A DNA stretch of 32,000 nt, taken from NCBI RefSeq assembly GCF_000012805.1, contig NC_007484.1, positions 240,001 to 272,000 on the forward strand, read 5' to 3'. Shown piece after piece: positions 1 to 9,383 of this stretch; position 1 is the first letter of the stretch; the number at the start of each line of letters is the position of its first letter. A program made the position numbers and the translations under genes. A model generated the notes under the pieces. It was not told the origin of the DNA. It did no database searches and saw only the letters and a program-made list of their open reading frames with translations. This DNA is from Nitrosococcus oceani ATCC 19707. Lineage in GTDB: Bacteria; Pseudomonadota; Gammaproteobacteria; Nitrosococcales; Nitrosococcaceae.

Positions 1-161
1 TTTCGAATGAGTGGTGATAGTCATTGGATAATTAACTGAAGCAGGGTTGGCGGCCAAAAATAATGATTGGTTTCGTAAGGATTTCGCTGTAAAGCCTTTT
101 CACTAGGGATGGTCCCGTTTAGGATTTCTTAAATCATGGGTAGTATAGCATCGGCGCGTTA

Positions 162-821
162 GTGAAAACCCATTCTTGGAATTTATCGCCTAAGGAGGCC
201 GTGGCATTGCAGCGGCGGCTTGCCGATCAAGTAGTTGCTGAAGATCGCTTGGGGCAAGTTCATTTTGTTGCCGGGGTCGATGTGGGATTTGAAGAGCAGG
301 GTAAGATCACCCGGGCTGCGGTAGTGGTTCTCCGGCTTGCCGATCTGAGTCTGGTCGAGCAGGTCGTTGCCCGGCGGCCCACCCACTTTCCCTATATTCC
401 CGGACTATTGTCATTCCGCGAGTGTCCCACAGTGTTGGCGGCGCTGGAGAAATTAACCGTAACGCCAAATCTGCTGCTCTGCGATGGTCAGGGAATCGCT
501 CATCCGCGCCGTTTTGGGATCGCTTGCCATCTAGGGGTGCTCACCGGCTTGCCGAGTATTGGCGTGGCTAAAACTCGTTTGGTCGGCAAACATGGGCCGG
601 CACCGGATAAGCGCGGTGGCTGGACGCCCCTGACCGATAAGGGTGAGACGATAGGTGTCGTATTGCGCACGCGCATCAAAGTCAACCCTGTCTTTGTCTC
701 GACAGGCCACCGGATTAGCCTGCTTACCGCCATCCAGTATGTAATGGCGTGTACTACGCGTTATCGGCTTCCAGAGACGACGCGCCTTGCCGATAAGCTT
801 GCCAGCGGCTCCAAAAAATGA
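162..821 (+). CDS. nfi: Endonuclease V (deoxyinosine 3' endonuclease)
   Basis: 219-aa ORF with a GTG start. It resembles the Nfi family over its full length, with blocks [41 protein letters not shown] and GVAK. Confidence 0.9.
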   Translation: MKTHSWNLSPKEAVALQRRLADQVVAEDRLGQVHFVAGVDVGFEEQGKITRAAVVVLRLADLSLVEQVVARRPTHFPYIPGLLSFRECPTVLAALEKLTVTPNLLLCDGQGIAHPRRFGIACHLGVLTGLPSIGVAKTRLVGKHGPAPDKRGGWTPLTDKGETIGVVLRTRIKVNPVFVSTGHRISLLTAIQYVMACTTRYRLPETTRLADKLASGSKK

Positions 822-1012
822 GCCTAGGGGATGTTTGCACTATTTCGTTCCAGAGCCTGTTTTTGTAAAATTTTTATTTTTAATAGCTTAGATCGATTTT
901 AAAGCAGCTATGTATACAACGATGCCCCATGCTAAGGAAAGCCAAATTCTATTCCAGTTTATACTTTGCTTCCATGATTTCGGGCAGCGCTTAAAAGGGA
1001 GTCAGGCATCTT

Positions 1013-2965
1013 ATGAGTGATGCCCGTTGGATGAAGCAGCATAGTACTGTTTCGCTCAGGCGTCTGATGCCTCGTCTGGAGGCGCGTTTCAAGGCGCAGG
1101 TCGATCCTGACGAGTGGCAGGGTTACGTGCAGCGCCTAGAGACCCATTTTCCAAGACTGTTTGATTGCCTATATCGCCTCTATGGTCAGCAATATGACTT
1201 TTTCTTCCATCTAGAAAGCATTCTGGCGTCGGCTACGGAAATGTGGTGGGTGCGCCCCGCCGAACTCAAGGCGTTGGATGCGCTCCGGACTGCCGATCCC
1301 TATTGGTACCAATCCCACCGCTTGGTGGGTGCTATGTGCTATGTGGATCTTTTTGCTGGCGATTTGGTCGGCCTGCGCGAGCGTATCTCCTATTTAACTG
1401 AGCTGGGGATTAATTATTTACATCTCATGCCAGTATTTAAGGTGCCCGAAGGGGATAATGATGGGGGCTATGCCGTCAGTAGCTATCGTGAAATCAACCC
1501 CAATCTGGGAACAATGGAAGATCTGGTCCGGTTGGCCGATGAGCTGCGCTATCGAGGCATTTCCCTCTGCCTGGACTTCGTATTCAATCATACTGCCGAT
1601 GAGCATGACTGGGCCCGCCGTGCCCAGGCCGGTGATCGAGAGTATCAAGAGTATTATCGCATGTTCCCTGATCGGGAATTGCCAGATGCTTATGAGCGTA
1701 GCCTCAATCCCATTTTTCCCGATGAACATCCAGGATCGTTTACTTACCGTAACCGCATCCGCAAGTGGATCTGGACTAGTTTCCATAATTATCAATGGGA
1801 CTTAAATTATGAAAATCCGGTGGTTTTTAACCGGATGCTGGAAGAAATGCTTTTTCTTGCTAATCAAGGGGTGGAGATTCTGCGCCTTGATGCGGTGGCT
1901 TTTGTCTGGAAGGAGCTAGGTACCAGTTGTCAGAATTTACCCGAAGCGCACATCATTATCCAGGCTTTCAATGCCTTGGTGCGTATCGCCGCGCCGGCCA
2001 TGGTATTTAAGTCCGAGGCCATTGTGCATCCGGATGATGTGAGAAAGTACATCAGCGAAGAGGAATGCCAACTTTCCTATAATCCTCAGCTTATGGCTTT
2101 GTTATGGGATGCCTTGGCAAGCCGGGACATCCGTCTGCTGCGCTATGGGTTGCAGCGACGTTTTGCCCTCCCGTCCGGTTGTGCCTGGGTGAATTATGTG
2201 CGTTGCCACGATGATATTGGGTGGACCTTTTCTGATGATGATGCGCGTGCTCTGGATCTCGATCCCCAGGCTCACCGCCAGTTTCTTAGCCAGTTTTATA
2301 CCGCGCGGTTTGAAGGTAGTTTCGCCCGGGGGATGCCTTTCCAGGAAAACTTAGCTACTGGAGATGCCCGGGTGTCGGGCACTTGCGCTTCTTTGGCAGG
2401 ATTGGAAAAGGGCCTTTATCATAATGATGAAACAGAAATCGAGTATGCGATCCGTAAGATCCTGTTGATCCATGGCGTTATTCTGACTATTGGTGGCATA
2501 CCGTTGATTTATCTGGGTGATGAAATTGGCGTTCTAAATGATTATGATTATGAAAAAGATTTGGCTAAAATTGGCGATACCCGCTGGCTGCACCGATTGC
2601 CCTTCGATGAGGCGCGGGCCGAGCAGCGTTGGGATTTTACCACTGTTCCTGGCCGAATCTACCAAGGTTTGCTGCGGCTGATCCAAATCCGCCAGCAAAA
2701 TCTAGCCTTTACCCGAGCCGAAACGGAAGTTGTCGACACCGGTAACGATCATGTATTTGGCTATTTCCGCAACCACGATGAATACACGGTACTGATACTG
2801 GCTAATTTCAGCGACTTTACCCAGCATCTGGAAGCTCGGCGGCTGCGGATGTTGGGATTGCGCAAAACCGAGGTGGACCTTTTTGCAGGTAAAACCGTTA
2901 CTGCCACCCGCGAATTGAGCCTGGAACCCTACGCTTTCATGGTGCTGGCCAGGCCTGGCAAATAA
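1013..2965 (+). CDS. Amylosucrase (GH13 sucrose glucosyltransferase)
   Basis: 650-aa ORF carrying the GH13 conserved regions DFVFNHT, EILRLDAVAFVWK (nucleophile Asp), FKSEAIVHPD (acid/base Glu) and YVRCHDDIGW. It also has amylosucrase-type blocks RVSGTCASLAG and GIPLIYLGDEIG. Length and block order match Neisseria polysaccharea amylosucrase as I recall it. Confidence 0.88.
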   Translation: MSDARWMKQHSTVSLRRLMPRLEARFKAQVDPDEWQGYVQRLETHFPRLFDCLYRLYGQQYDFFFHLESILASATEMWWVRPAELKALDALRTADPYWYQSHRLVGAMCYVDLFAGDLVGLRERISYLTELGINYLHLMPVFKVPEGDNDGGYAVSSYREINPNLGTMEDLVRLADELRYRGISLCLDFVFNHTADEHDWARRAQAGDREYQEYYRMFPDRELPDAYERSLNPIFPDEHPGSFTYRNRIRKWIWTSFHNYQWDLNYENPVVFNRMLEEMLFLANQGVEILRLDAVAFVWKELGTSCQNLPEAHIIIQAFNALVRIAAPAMVFKSEAIVHPDDVRKYISEEECQLSYNPQLMALLWDALASRDIRLLRYGLQRRFALPSGCAWVNYVRCHDDIGWTFSDDDARALDLDPQAHRQFLSQFYTARFEGSFARGMPFQENLATGDARVSGTCASLAGLEKGLYHNDETEIEYAIRKILLIHGVILTIGGIPLIYLGDEIGVLNDYDYEKDLAKIGDTRWLHRLPFDEARAEQRWDFTTVPGRIYQGLLRLIQIRQQNLAFTRAETEVVDTGNDHVFGYFRNHDEYTVLILANFSDFTQHLEARRLRMLGLRKTEVDLFAGKTVTATRELSLEPYAFMVLARPGK

Positions 2966-3037
2966 ACTGGAAGAGGTAGAGCATCCAGAAGGCTTTTCGG
3001 TTAGATTAGAGAACAATAATTATTAGGGTAAGCGGTT

Positions 3038-3862
3038 GTGAGCAGGAAACGCAGATTTGAACGTCTTCACCCTTCCCCGGGTTTGGAGAAAGCCGAGGGT
3101 GATGGCCTCTCGAGCTGTGAATTGCGGTATGGGTTACATGCCGTCCGCGCGGCCCTGGAACAGCCTGCCCTTCAAGTCATGGCCCTATGGCTGGACCAAG
3201 CCCGGATAGATCGATCGCTTCAAAAGTTGGCGAAGCTTGCTTTTCAACGGGGCCTAAAGGCCCAGCTGGTGAAGCGGGAGGAGCTTGATGATTTAGTTCC
3301 TGGAGCGCGCCATCAAGGAGTCGTAGCCCGCTGTTCCGTACAGCCGGCGCTGACGGAGGAAGGGTTATTGACTTTTTTGGAGAACTTAGAGGCGCCGCCT
3401 TTATTGTTGCTCCTGGACGGCGTTCAAGATCCCCATAATCTAGGGGCCTGTTTGCGTACTGCGGAGGCCGCCGGGGTCCATGGAGTGGTGACCCCCAAGG
3501 ATCGCGCGGCAGGTTTAACAGCTGTGGCGCGCAAGGTGGCAAGCGGCGCGGCAGAACGGATTCCCTTAGTGCGCGTGACTAACCTGGCCCGGGTAATGCG
3601 TGCGCTGCGCGAGCGCGGACTCTGGCTAGTAGGTACCGTAGTTGGTGGATCTCATAATAGTCTTTATGAAACCGATCTTCAGGGTCCCCTTGGTTTAGTA
3701 CTTGGCGCTGAAGATCGTGGTCTGCGGCGTCTAACTCAAGAGCATTGTGATTGCCTGGTTCAAATTCCTATGCAAGGAGCGGTAGGTAGCCTCAATGTTT
3801 CGGTTGCAGCGGGGGTGTGCCTTTTTGAGGCGCAACGCCAGCGTGGTTTGCTGCCTAGTTGA
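3038..3862 (+). CDS. rlmB: 23S rRNA (guanosine-2'-O)-methyltransferase RlmB (SpoU/TrmH family)
   Basis: 274-aa ORF with a GTG start. N-terminal YGLHAVRAAL substrate-binding region; SpoU motifs LLLLDGVQDPHNLGACLRTAEAAG, LVLGAEDRGLR and IPMQGAVGSLNVSVAAGV. In-frame TTG codons at 3083 and 3122 are alternative starts. Confidence 0.85.
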   Translation: MSRKRRFERLHPSPGLEKAEGDGLSSCELRYGLHAVRAALEQPALQVMALWLDQARIDRSLQKLAKLAFQRGLKAQLVKREELDDLVPGARHQGVVARCSVQPALTEEGLLTFLENLEAPPLLLLLDGVQDPHNLGACLRTAEAAGVHGVVTPKDRAAGLTAVARKVASGAAERIPLVRVTNLARVMRALRERGLWLVGTVVGGSHNSLYETDLQGPLGLVLGAEDRGLRRLTQEHCDCLVQIPMQGAVGSLNVSVAAGVCLFEAQRQRGLLPS

Positions 3863-3880
3863 ATAGTAGAGCTCATCTCG

Positions 3881-3903
3881 ATTGGGTTTAGATCCCAATT
3901 TTT
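3881..3903 (+). terminator. Weak intrinsic terminator candidate after rlmB
   Basis: A 6-bp stem (attggg 3881-3886 pairs with cccaat 3894-3899) with a 7-nt loop, followed by tttt at 3900-3903. It lies 19 nt after the rlmB stop. The stem is short and GC-poor. Confidence 0.3.
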
Positions 3904-3930
3904 GTGATCTTCAAGTAGCTGGCGTATAAT
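3902..3930 (+). promoter_or_regulatory. Sigma70-type promoter candidate for the rpsF-rpsR-rplI operon
   Basis: TTGTGA (3902-3907), a 17-bp spacer, then a perfect TATAAT (3925-3930), about 75 nt upstream of the rpsF ATG. Confidence 0.45.
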
Positions 3931-4004
3931 TCCCCACCCTTTTACTAATCTCCTTGCCATTCTTTTGAATAGGGTGGCTGTCTAGACCGTAAGGAGTCAA
4001 ATTG

Positions 4005-4475
4005 ATGCGGCATTATGAAGTTGTATTTTTAGTTCACCCAGACCAGAGTGAACAGCTCTCTGCTATGATGGATCGCTACCGCCAGATAATTGAGACCGAC
4101 GGAGGATGCATTCATCGCCTGGAAGATTGGGGCCGGCGCCAGCTCGCCTATCCCATCCAGAAGCTTTACAAGGCCCACTATGTTTTGATGAATATCGAGT
4201 GTACGCCCCGGACGATTGAAGAGTTAACCAGCGCTTTTCGATTCAATGATGCAGTGTTAAGGGATATGGTTATTCGGCGAGAGGAAGCTATCACCGAGAC
4301 TTCGCCCTTGGCGAAAGGAGAAGAGTCCGGTGGCCGCGGTTATGACAGTGCGCGTTCTGGTAGGGATCGGGATGAATCCGGCGGCCGTGGTTATGACGGC
4401 GCACGCCCTGGCAGGGATGAGGATGAATCCAAAGAAAACACGGATAGGGATGAGCAGAGCGAGGACTCAGAATAA
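4005..4475 (+). CDS. rpsF: 30S ribosomal protein S6 with extended repeat-containing C-terminal tail
   Basis: Canonical S6 N-terminus [17 protein letters not shown] and the block [15 protein letters not shown] at 3991-3996 lies 8 nt before the ATG at 4005; the ORF track begins one codon earlier at TTG 4002. The gene heads the S6-S18-L9 operon. Confidence 0.95.
   Translation: MRHYEVVFLVHPDQSEQLSAMMDRYRQIIETDGGCIHRLEDWGRRQLAYPIQKLYKAHYVLMNIECTPRTIEELTSAFRFNDAVLRDMVIRREEAITETSPLAKGEESGGRGYDSARSGRDRDESGGRGYDGARPGRDEDESKENTDRDEQSEDSE
4323..4424 (+). repeat. Two in-frame 51-nt tandem units inside the rpsF 3' end
   Basis: Units 4323-4373 and 4374-4424 encode [17 protein letters not shown] and [17 protein letters not shown]. 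By my count 40/51 nt and 14/17 aa are identical. Confidence 0.85.
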
Positions 4476-4607
4476 ACCAGATATTTTCGGTCAATGTTAA
4501 GATCGGAATGATTTTGTGGTTGTTTCTGACAATACACTATTTATAAATGTGGATAGCCTGGTTGTGTTGGCCAGGTTGAAAGAAATTAATTCATTGAAGG
4601 TGGAATC

Positions 4608-4832
4608 ATGGCACGTTTTTTTCGGCGCAGAAAATTTTGCCGCTTTACAGCCGAGGGAGTGAAAGAGATTGACTACAAAGATCTAGCTACCCTTAAAGAC
4701 TATATTACGGAAACCGGCAAAATCGTACCGAGCCGGATTACTGGCACTAAAGCCAAATATCAGCGGCAATTATCCCGGGCGGTTAAGCGGGCCCGTTACC
4801 TGGCGTTACTTCCTTATTGCGATCGGCACTAA
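4608..4832 (+). CDS. rpsR: 30S ribosomal protein S18
   Basis: 74-aa ORF with [18 protein letters not shown] and ITGT.AKYQR.L..A.KRAR.LALLPY. GAAGGTGGA Shine-Dalgarno sequence upstream. Confidence 0.97.
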
Positions 4833-4897
4833 TCCAATTTTGGAATACGGAAGAAGAGGGTTGGTTTGGCGCGGCGGAGAAGAGTGAAGGATAGAAA

Positions 4898-5353
4898 ATG
4901 GAAGTGATATTGCTGGAACAGGTGGTGAATTTAGGCAAGCTTGGGGATAAGGTAGCGGTAAAATCCGGTTATGCCCGCAATTACCTGATACCCCAGGGGA
5001 GGGCGGTGAGCGCGACGAAAGAGAATGAAGCTCATTTTGAATCCCGCAAGGCCGAGTTGGAAAAGGCTGCCGGTGATAAGGTTGCGGTAGCAGAGCGGTG
5101 CAAGCAGGCATTAGCAGATCTTGGCAGCGTTACCATTCCAGCCAAGGCCGGCACCGAAGGAAAGTTATTTGGATCGGTGGGGGCTGCCGATATTGCCGAG
5201 GCTTTAACCAAAGCCGGGGTAGAAATAGGCAAAAAGGAAGTACGGCTGCCTGAAGGCGCGTTACGCCAGGTAGGCGAATATGAGCTAGTGATTCATTTAC
5301 ATCCTACGGTAGAAGCCCCTATCAAGGTGGTGGTGACGGGGGAGGAGGAGTAG
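4898..5353 (+). CDS. rplI: 50S ribosomal protein L9
   Basis: 151-aa ORF with the L9 N-domain signature [35 protein letters not shown] and conserved operon position after rpsR. Confidence 0.95.
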   Translation: MEVILLEQVVNLGKLGDKVAVKSGYARNYLIPQGRAVSATKENEAHFESRKAELEKAAGDKVAVAERCKQALADLGSVTIPAKAGTEGKLFGSVGAADIAEALTKAGVEIGKKEVRLPEGALRQVGEYELVIHLHPTVEAPIKVVVTGEEE

Positions 5354-5433
5354 CTTTCTTCTCGGTGCGCTAACCTGAGACAGGCCTATTTGCCGGGTAT
5401 GAGGCTTGGCGGTAACTCATCAGGAGGGGAAGA

Positions 5434-6852
5434 ATGCCGGAACTTGCCTACCAGGAAAAGAAAGATGAATTCGTCGAAGGGTTAAGAATTCCTCCCCATT
5501 CAATGGAGGCCGAGCAATCGGTATTAGGAGGGTTATTACTCGATAATCAAGCTTGGGAGCAGATCGCTGATATTTTGGGTTCGGAGGATTTCTACCGCCA
5601 GGACCACCGTCTCTTATTTCTTTCTATCGGCGAAATGCTTGAACAATCTCGTCCTTGCGACGTGGTGACCCTCTCCGAGTGGCTCAAAAATAAACGGTTA
5701 CTGGAAGAAACAGGGGGTTTAGCCTATCTCACGAACCTGGCACGCAATACCCCTACTGCCGCTAATATCAAAGCCTATGCCGAGGTAGTTCGGGAGCGTT
5801 CGGTGTTGCGCCAGCTTATCCGGGTGGGCACTGATATTGCTGGTAGTGCCTACCAGCCGGAAGGGCGAGAGAGCGGGGAATTGTTAGATGAAGCTGAGAA
5901 GCGGGTATTTGAAATTGCCGAGCAGGGCGCCCGCGGCCAGCGGAGTTTCGTCAACATAAAAGATCTGCTTGGTAAGGTAGTGGATCGGATCGATCACCTG
6001 TTCGAGCAGGATAGTCCCATTACGGGACTTCCCTCTGGTTTTGCGGATTTTGACCTGCTAACCTCTGGCCTTCAGCCAGCGGATTTGATTATTGCCGCGG
6101 GCAGGCCCTCCATGGGGAAAACCACCTTTGCCATGAATATCGCCGAGCATGTGGCTATTAAGCGCCGGGTTCCTGTGGCGGTGTTTAGCATGGAAATGCC
6201 AGGAGAGCAGTTAGCCATGCGCATGATGTCTTCTCTGGGACACATTGACCAACATCGCGTTCGGACAGGCCGCTTAGAAGACGATGATTGGCCGCGTCTC
6301 ACCTCGGCGATCAGCCTATTAACCGAGGCGCCGCTTTTTATTGACGACACCCCAGCTCTTTCCCCGACCGAGCTGCGGGCGCGGGCCCGGCGGCTGATGC
6401 GGGAGCAGGAGGGCCTGGGTCTAATCCTTATTGATTATTTGCAGCTGATGCAGGTGCCGGGTCACCGGGAAAATCGGGCGACCGAGATCTCCGAAATTTC
6501 ACGTAACCTCAAGGCAGTAGCCAAGGAACTCAAGGTTCCCGTGCTGGCCCTCTCCCAGCTTAACCGGAGTTTGGAACAACGGCCTAATAAGCGGCCCGTA
6601 ATGTCAGATTTACGTGAATCCGGCGCTATTGAGCAGGATGCGGACGTGATAGTATTTATCTATCGCGATGAAGTCTATAATGAAGAGAGTCCTGATCGGG
6701 GGACGGCGGAAATCATCGTTGGCAAGCAGCGCAATGGTCCGATTGGAACTGTGCGTCTCACTTTCCGTGGCCAATATACCCGCTTCGAAAATTATGTACA
6801 GGATGCCTATGGAGCGGGCTCTGGGTTCCCGGCTGCGGATAAGATGAATTAG
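5434..6852 (+). CDS. dnaB: Replicative DNA helicase DnaB
   Basis: 472-aa ORF. N-terminal PPHSMEAEQSVLGGLLLDN, Walker A GRPSMGKTTFAMN, Walker B LILIDYLQLM, and SQLNRSLEQR. No intein insertion. Confidence 0.97.
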   Translation: MPELAYQEKKDEFVEGLRIPPHSMEAEQSVLGGLLLDNQAWEQIADILGSEDFYRQDHRLLFLSIGEMLEQSRPCDVVTLSEWLKNKRLLEETGGLAYLTNLARNTPTAANIKAYAEVVRERSVLRQLIRVGTDIAGSAYQPEGRESGELLDEAEKRVFEIAEQGARGQRSFVNIKDLLGKVVDRIDHLFEQDSPITGLPSGFADFDLLTSGLQPADLIIAAGRPSMGKTTFAMNIAEHVAIKRRVPVAVFSMEMPGEQLAMRMMSSLGHIDQHRVRTGRLEDDDWPRLTSAISLLTEAPLFIDDTPALSPTELRARARRLMREQEGLGLILIDYLQLMQVPGHRENRATEISEISRNLKAVAKELKVPVLALSQLNRSLEQRPNKRPVMSDLRESGAIEQDADVIVFIYRDEVYNEESPDRGTAEIIVGKQRNGPIGTVRLTFRGQYTRFENYVQDAYGAGSGFPAADKMN

Positions 6853-6881
6853 CAAGTAGTACCCGTAGATTCGCAGCTTCC

Positions 6882-7952
6882 TTGAACTTTCCTCAGGCTA
6901 TTATTGATGCCAGCGCATTACGTCATAATCTGCAACGAGTCCGCGAACTGGCACCCCGTAGCCAAATCATGGCGGTCGTTAAGGCCGATGGCTATGGCCA
7001 TGGATTAACAAGAGTGGCTGATGTGCTGGTCGCGGCTGATGCTTTTGCCGTGGCTCGGCTAGAGGAAGCTACGGCGTTGCGTCAAGCTGGTCATCGGTGC
7101 CCCGTCGTTTTGCTGGGTGGTATTTCTGATAAAGAACAGTTGCAGCTTGCCGCCGCCCATCGCCTGACCTTGGTGGTCCATGAATTTGCCCAATTAGATT
7201 TGCTAGAACGGGTTCGAATAACCTCCCCCCTGCCGGTTTGGGTCAAGGCGGATACGGGGATGCACCGCCTCGGTTTTCCCCCACAGGTAGTGGCCAAGGC
7301 AATTGCCCGCTTACGTTGTTGTCCAGCGGTGGCCTCTGTGGTTGGATTGATGAGTCATCTCGCCAGCGCGGATGAAAGCGAGGACTTTCTTACTCCTATT
7401 CAGCTACAGACTTTTGAAGGAATAGCAGCACCGGGATTGTTGCGCAGCATGGCCAATTCTGCGGCTGTGATGGTTTACCCTTACGCCCATTTTGATTGGG
7501 TGCGCCCGGGTTTGATGCTCTATGGTGCTTCCCCTTTTGCCCATGGTACCGGTGCTGCCGTGGGGCTTAAATCCGTTATGACCCTGCAAACCCGTCTTAT
7601 TGCCATCCATCACTTGCGCCCGGGCGATAGTATTGGTTATGGGGCGACTTGGGTATGCCCCGAGGCAATGACCGTGGGGGTGGCAGCTCTTGGTTACGGT
7701 GATGGTTACCCCCGCCATGCGGTGTCGGGGACGCCGGTGTTGGTAAATGGCCGGCCCGTTCCCCTGGTGGGGCGGGTTTCCATGGATATGATTACCCTTG
7801 ATCTGCGCACTCAGCCAAAGGCGAAAGTGGGCGATCCGGTGATTGCTTGGGGGCCGAATTTGCCGGTAGAAGAGGTGGCGCGCCATGCCACTACCATCCC
7901 CTATGAACTGTTATGCCAAGTCACTGGGCGGGTACCGCGGACTATGGAATAA
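6882..7952 (+). CDS. alr: Alanine racemase
   Basis: 356-aa ORF with a TTG start. PLP-lysine motif AVVKADGYGHG; also GYGDGYPR, GRVSMDM and a C-terminal YELLC. The dnaB-alr adjacency matches E. coli. Confidence 0.92.
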   Translation: MNFPQAIIDASALRHNLQRVRELAPRSQIMAVVKADGYGHGLTRVADVLVAADAFAVARLEEATALRQAGHRCPVVLLGGISDKEQLQLAAAHRLTLVVHEFAQLDLLERVRITSPLPVWVKADTGMHRLGFPPQVVAKAIARLRCCPAVASVVGLMSHLASADESEDFLTPIQLQTFEGIAAPGLLRSMANSAAVMVYPYAHFDWVRPGLMLYGASPFAHGTGAAVGLKSVMTLQTRLIAIHHLRPGDSIGYGATWVCPEAMTVGVAALGYGDGYPRHAVSGTPVLVNGRPVPLVGRVSMDMITLDLRTQPKAKVGDPVIAWGPNLPVEEVARHATTIPYELLCQVTGRVPRTME

Positions 7953-7957
7953 GCAGA

Positions 7958-9328
7958 ATGGGAAAACCTAAAACTGTTTACCAATGCACTCAGTGCGGTG
8001 CTGAATCGGCTCGTTGGGCTGGCCAATGTGCTGGCTGCGGCGCTTGGAATAGCCTGGAGGAGCAGCTAAGCGCCGAGTTGCCGAAACGGACTGGACGTTA
8101 TGCCCACTACGCCGGTGCGTTGAGCACGGTGCAGCCCTTGGCGGAGGTACAAGTAACCGGTGAGGTGCGCTTATCAACGGGCCTATCCGAATTGGATCGA
8201 GTCTTAGGCGGAGGATTGGTGACGGGTTCGGTGGTGCTGATTGGGGGCGCACCGGGGATTGGTAAATCCACCTTGTTATTACAGGCCCTGGCTAAAATGG
8301 GCGCAGTCCAAGAAGGTAAAGTGTTGTATTTAACCGGAGAGGAATCCCTGGCGCAAATTAGCCTTAGAGCTCAGCGCCTGGGTTTGGGAGCGGCGCCGGT
8401 ACGGCTATTAGCCGACACCCTGGTGGAGCGGGCCTTAGCCGTTGCCCGGCAAGAACGGCCCCAGGTGATGGTAGTGGACTCTATCCAGACTTTATATACG
8501 GAGCAGCTGCAATCGGCGCCGGGTACGGTGACTCAAGTGCGGGAAAGTGCTGGTCAGTTGCTGCGTTTTGCCAAGCAAGGCGGGACCGGAGTCATCCTTG
8601 TGGGCCATGTGACTAAGGAGGGCGCCCTGGCTGGTCCCCGAGTTTTGGAACATATGGTGGATACGGTGCTTTACTTCGAGGGAGATGGAGGAGAACGCCT
8701 CCGGGTGTTGCGGGCAGCTAAGAATCGCTTTGGCGCGGTGAATGAGCTGGGAGTTTTCGCTATGACCGAGCAGGGGCTGCGGGGCGTCACTAATCCCTCC
8801 GCCATCTTTCTTTCTCGGGGGAAAGAAGCGGTTCCTGGAAGCGCCGTCACCGTGATCCGGGAAGGAAGCCGTCCTTTGCTGGTAGAGGTTCAGGCCCTGG
8901 TGGATGATAGCCATCTTGCCAATCCCCGCCGGGTTACGGTGGGCCTAGAGCCCAACCGGTTAGCCATGTTGCTTGCCATTCTTCACCGCCATGGCGCGGT
9001 TATGCCAGGGGCTCAGGATGTTTTTATAAACGTGGTAGGGGGAGTGCGGGTGAATGAAACAGGCGCTGATCTAGCGGTTCTCGCCGCCATTGTTTCCAGC
9101 TTGCGGGATCGCCCGTTAGACCAGGAATTAGTGTTGTTTGGAGAGGTAGGATTGACGGGAGAAATCCGTCCCGTGCCGGGGGGGGAAGAACGTCTGGCGG
9201 CTGCCGCTAAACATGGTTTTAAAAAGGCGATTTTGCCTCGGGGAAATACCCCGAGACGGCCAGTCGAGAATATCGCTATTGTTCCTGTAAACCGTCTTGC
9301 TGAAGTACTGGAGGCCCTCAAAGAATAA
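7958..9328 (+). CDS. radA: DNA repair protein RadA/Sms
   Basis: Zinc ribbon CTQCGAESARWAGQCAGCGAWNS, Walker A GGAPGIGKST, the RadA-specific AKNRFG motif, and a Lon-protease-like C-domain. I chose the ATG at 7958, 6 nt after the alr stop, because the track start at 7913 overlaps alr. Confidence 0.95.
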   Translation: MGKPKTVYQCTQCGAESARWAGQCAGCGAWNSLEEQLSAELPKRTGRYAHYAGALSTVQPLAEVQVTGEVRLSTGLSELDRVLGGGLVTGSVVLIGGAPGIGKSTLLLQALAKMGAVQEGKVLYLTGEESLAQISLRAQRLGLGAAPVRLLADTLVERALAVARQERPQVMVVDSIQTLYTEQLQSAPGTVTQVRESAGQLLRFAKQGGTGVILVGHVTKEGALAGPRVLEHMVDTVLYFEGDGGERLRVLRAAKNRFGAVNELGVFAMTEQGLRGVTNPSAIFLSRGKEAVPGSAVTVIREGSRPLLVEVQALVDDSHLANPRRVTVGLEPNRLAMLLAILHRHGAVMPGAQDVFINVVGGVRVNETGADLAVLAAIVSSLRDRPLDQELVLFGEVGLTGEIRPVPGGEERLAAAAKHGFKKAILPRGNTPRRPVENIAIVPVNRLAEVLEALKE

Positions 9329-9383
9329 GTTTCCTTTTTTGAGCTGGTAGCGTTGCGGGTCTGTGGGTGAGCCGGGTTCGGTA

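Noticed and set aside
1-161. A possible minus-strand gene starting at nt 24 (MTITTHSK...) and running off the left edge.
   Set aside because: Only 8 codons are visible, which is not enough to support a feature.
4476-4607. No priB between rpsF and rpsR, where E. coli has rpsF-priB-rpsR-rplI. The 132-bp spacer contains a 7-bp hairpin (agcctgg 4555-4561 pairing with ccaggtt 4571-4577).
   Set aside because: The spacer holds no ORF of useful length, and many non-enteric lineages lack priB at this locus. The hairpin includes a G-U pair, has no T-tract, and is within chance expectation.
7404-7886. Long antisense or out-of-frame ORFs inside well-supported genes. The example is this 160-aa ORF opposite alr; others are 1418..1795, 3177..3542, 8492..8914, 9013..9321, 13661..13996 and 14293..14649.
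   Set aside because: Each lies wholly within a gene that has strong family motifs on the other strand or frame. Their Arg/Pro/Gly/His-rich composition is typical of shadow frames, and they have no Shine-Dalgarno sequence or independent support.
7913-7957. N-terminal extensions offered by the ORF track for radA (7913), trkH (26552), miaB (20967), rpmE (28159), radC (20808) and rpsF (4002).
   Set aside because: In each case an internal ATG reproduces the canonical family N-terminus and removes an overlap with the upstream gene or a non-family leader peptide.
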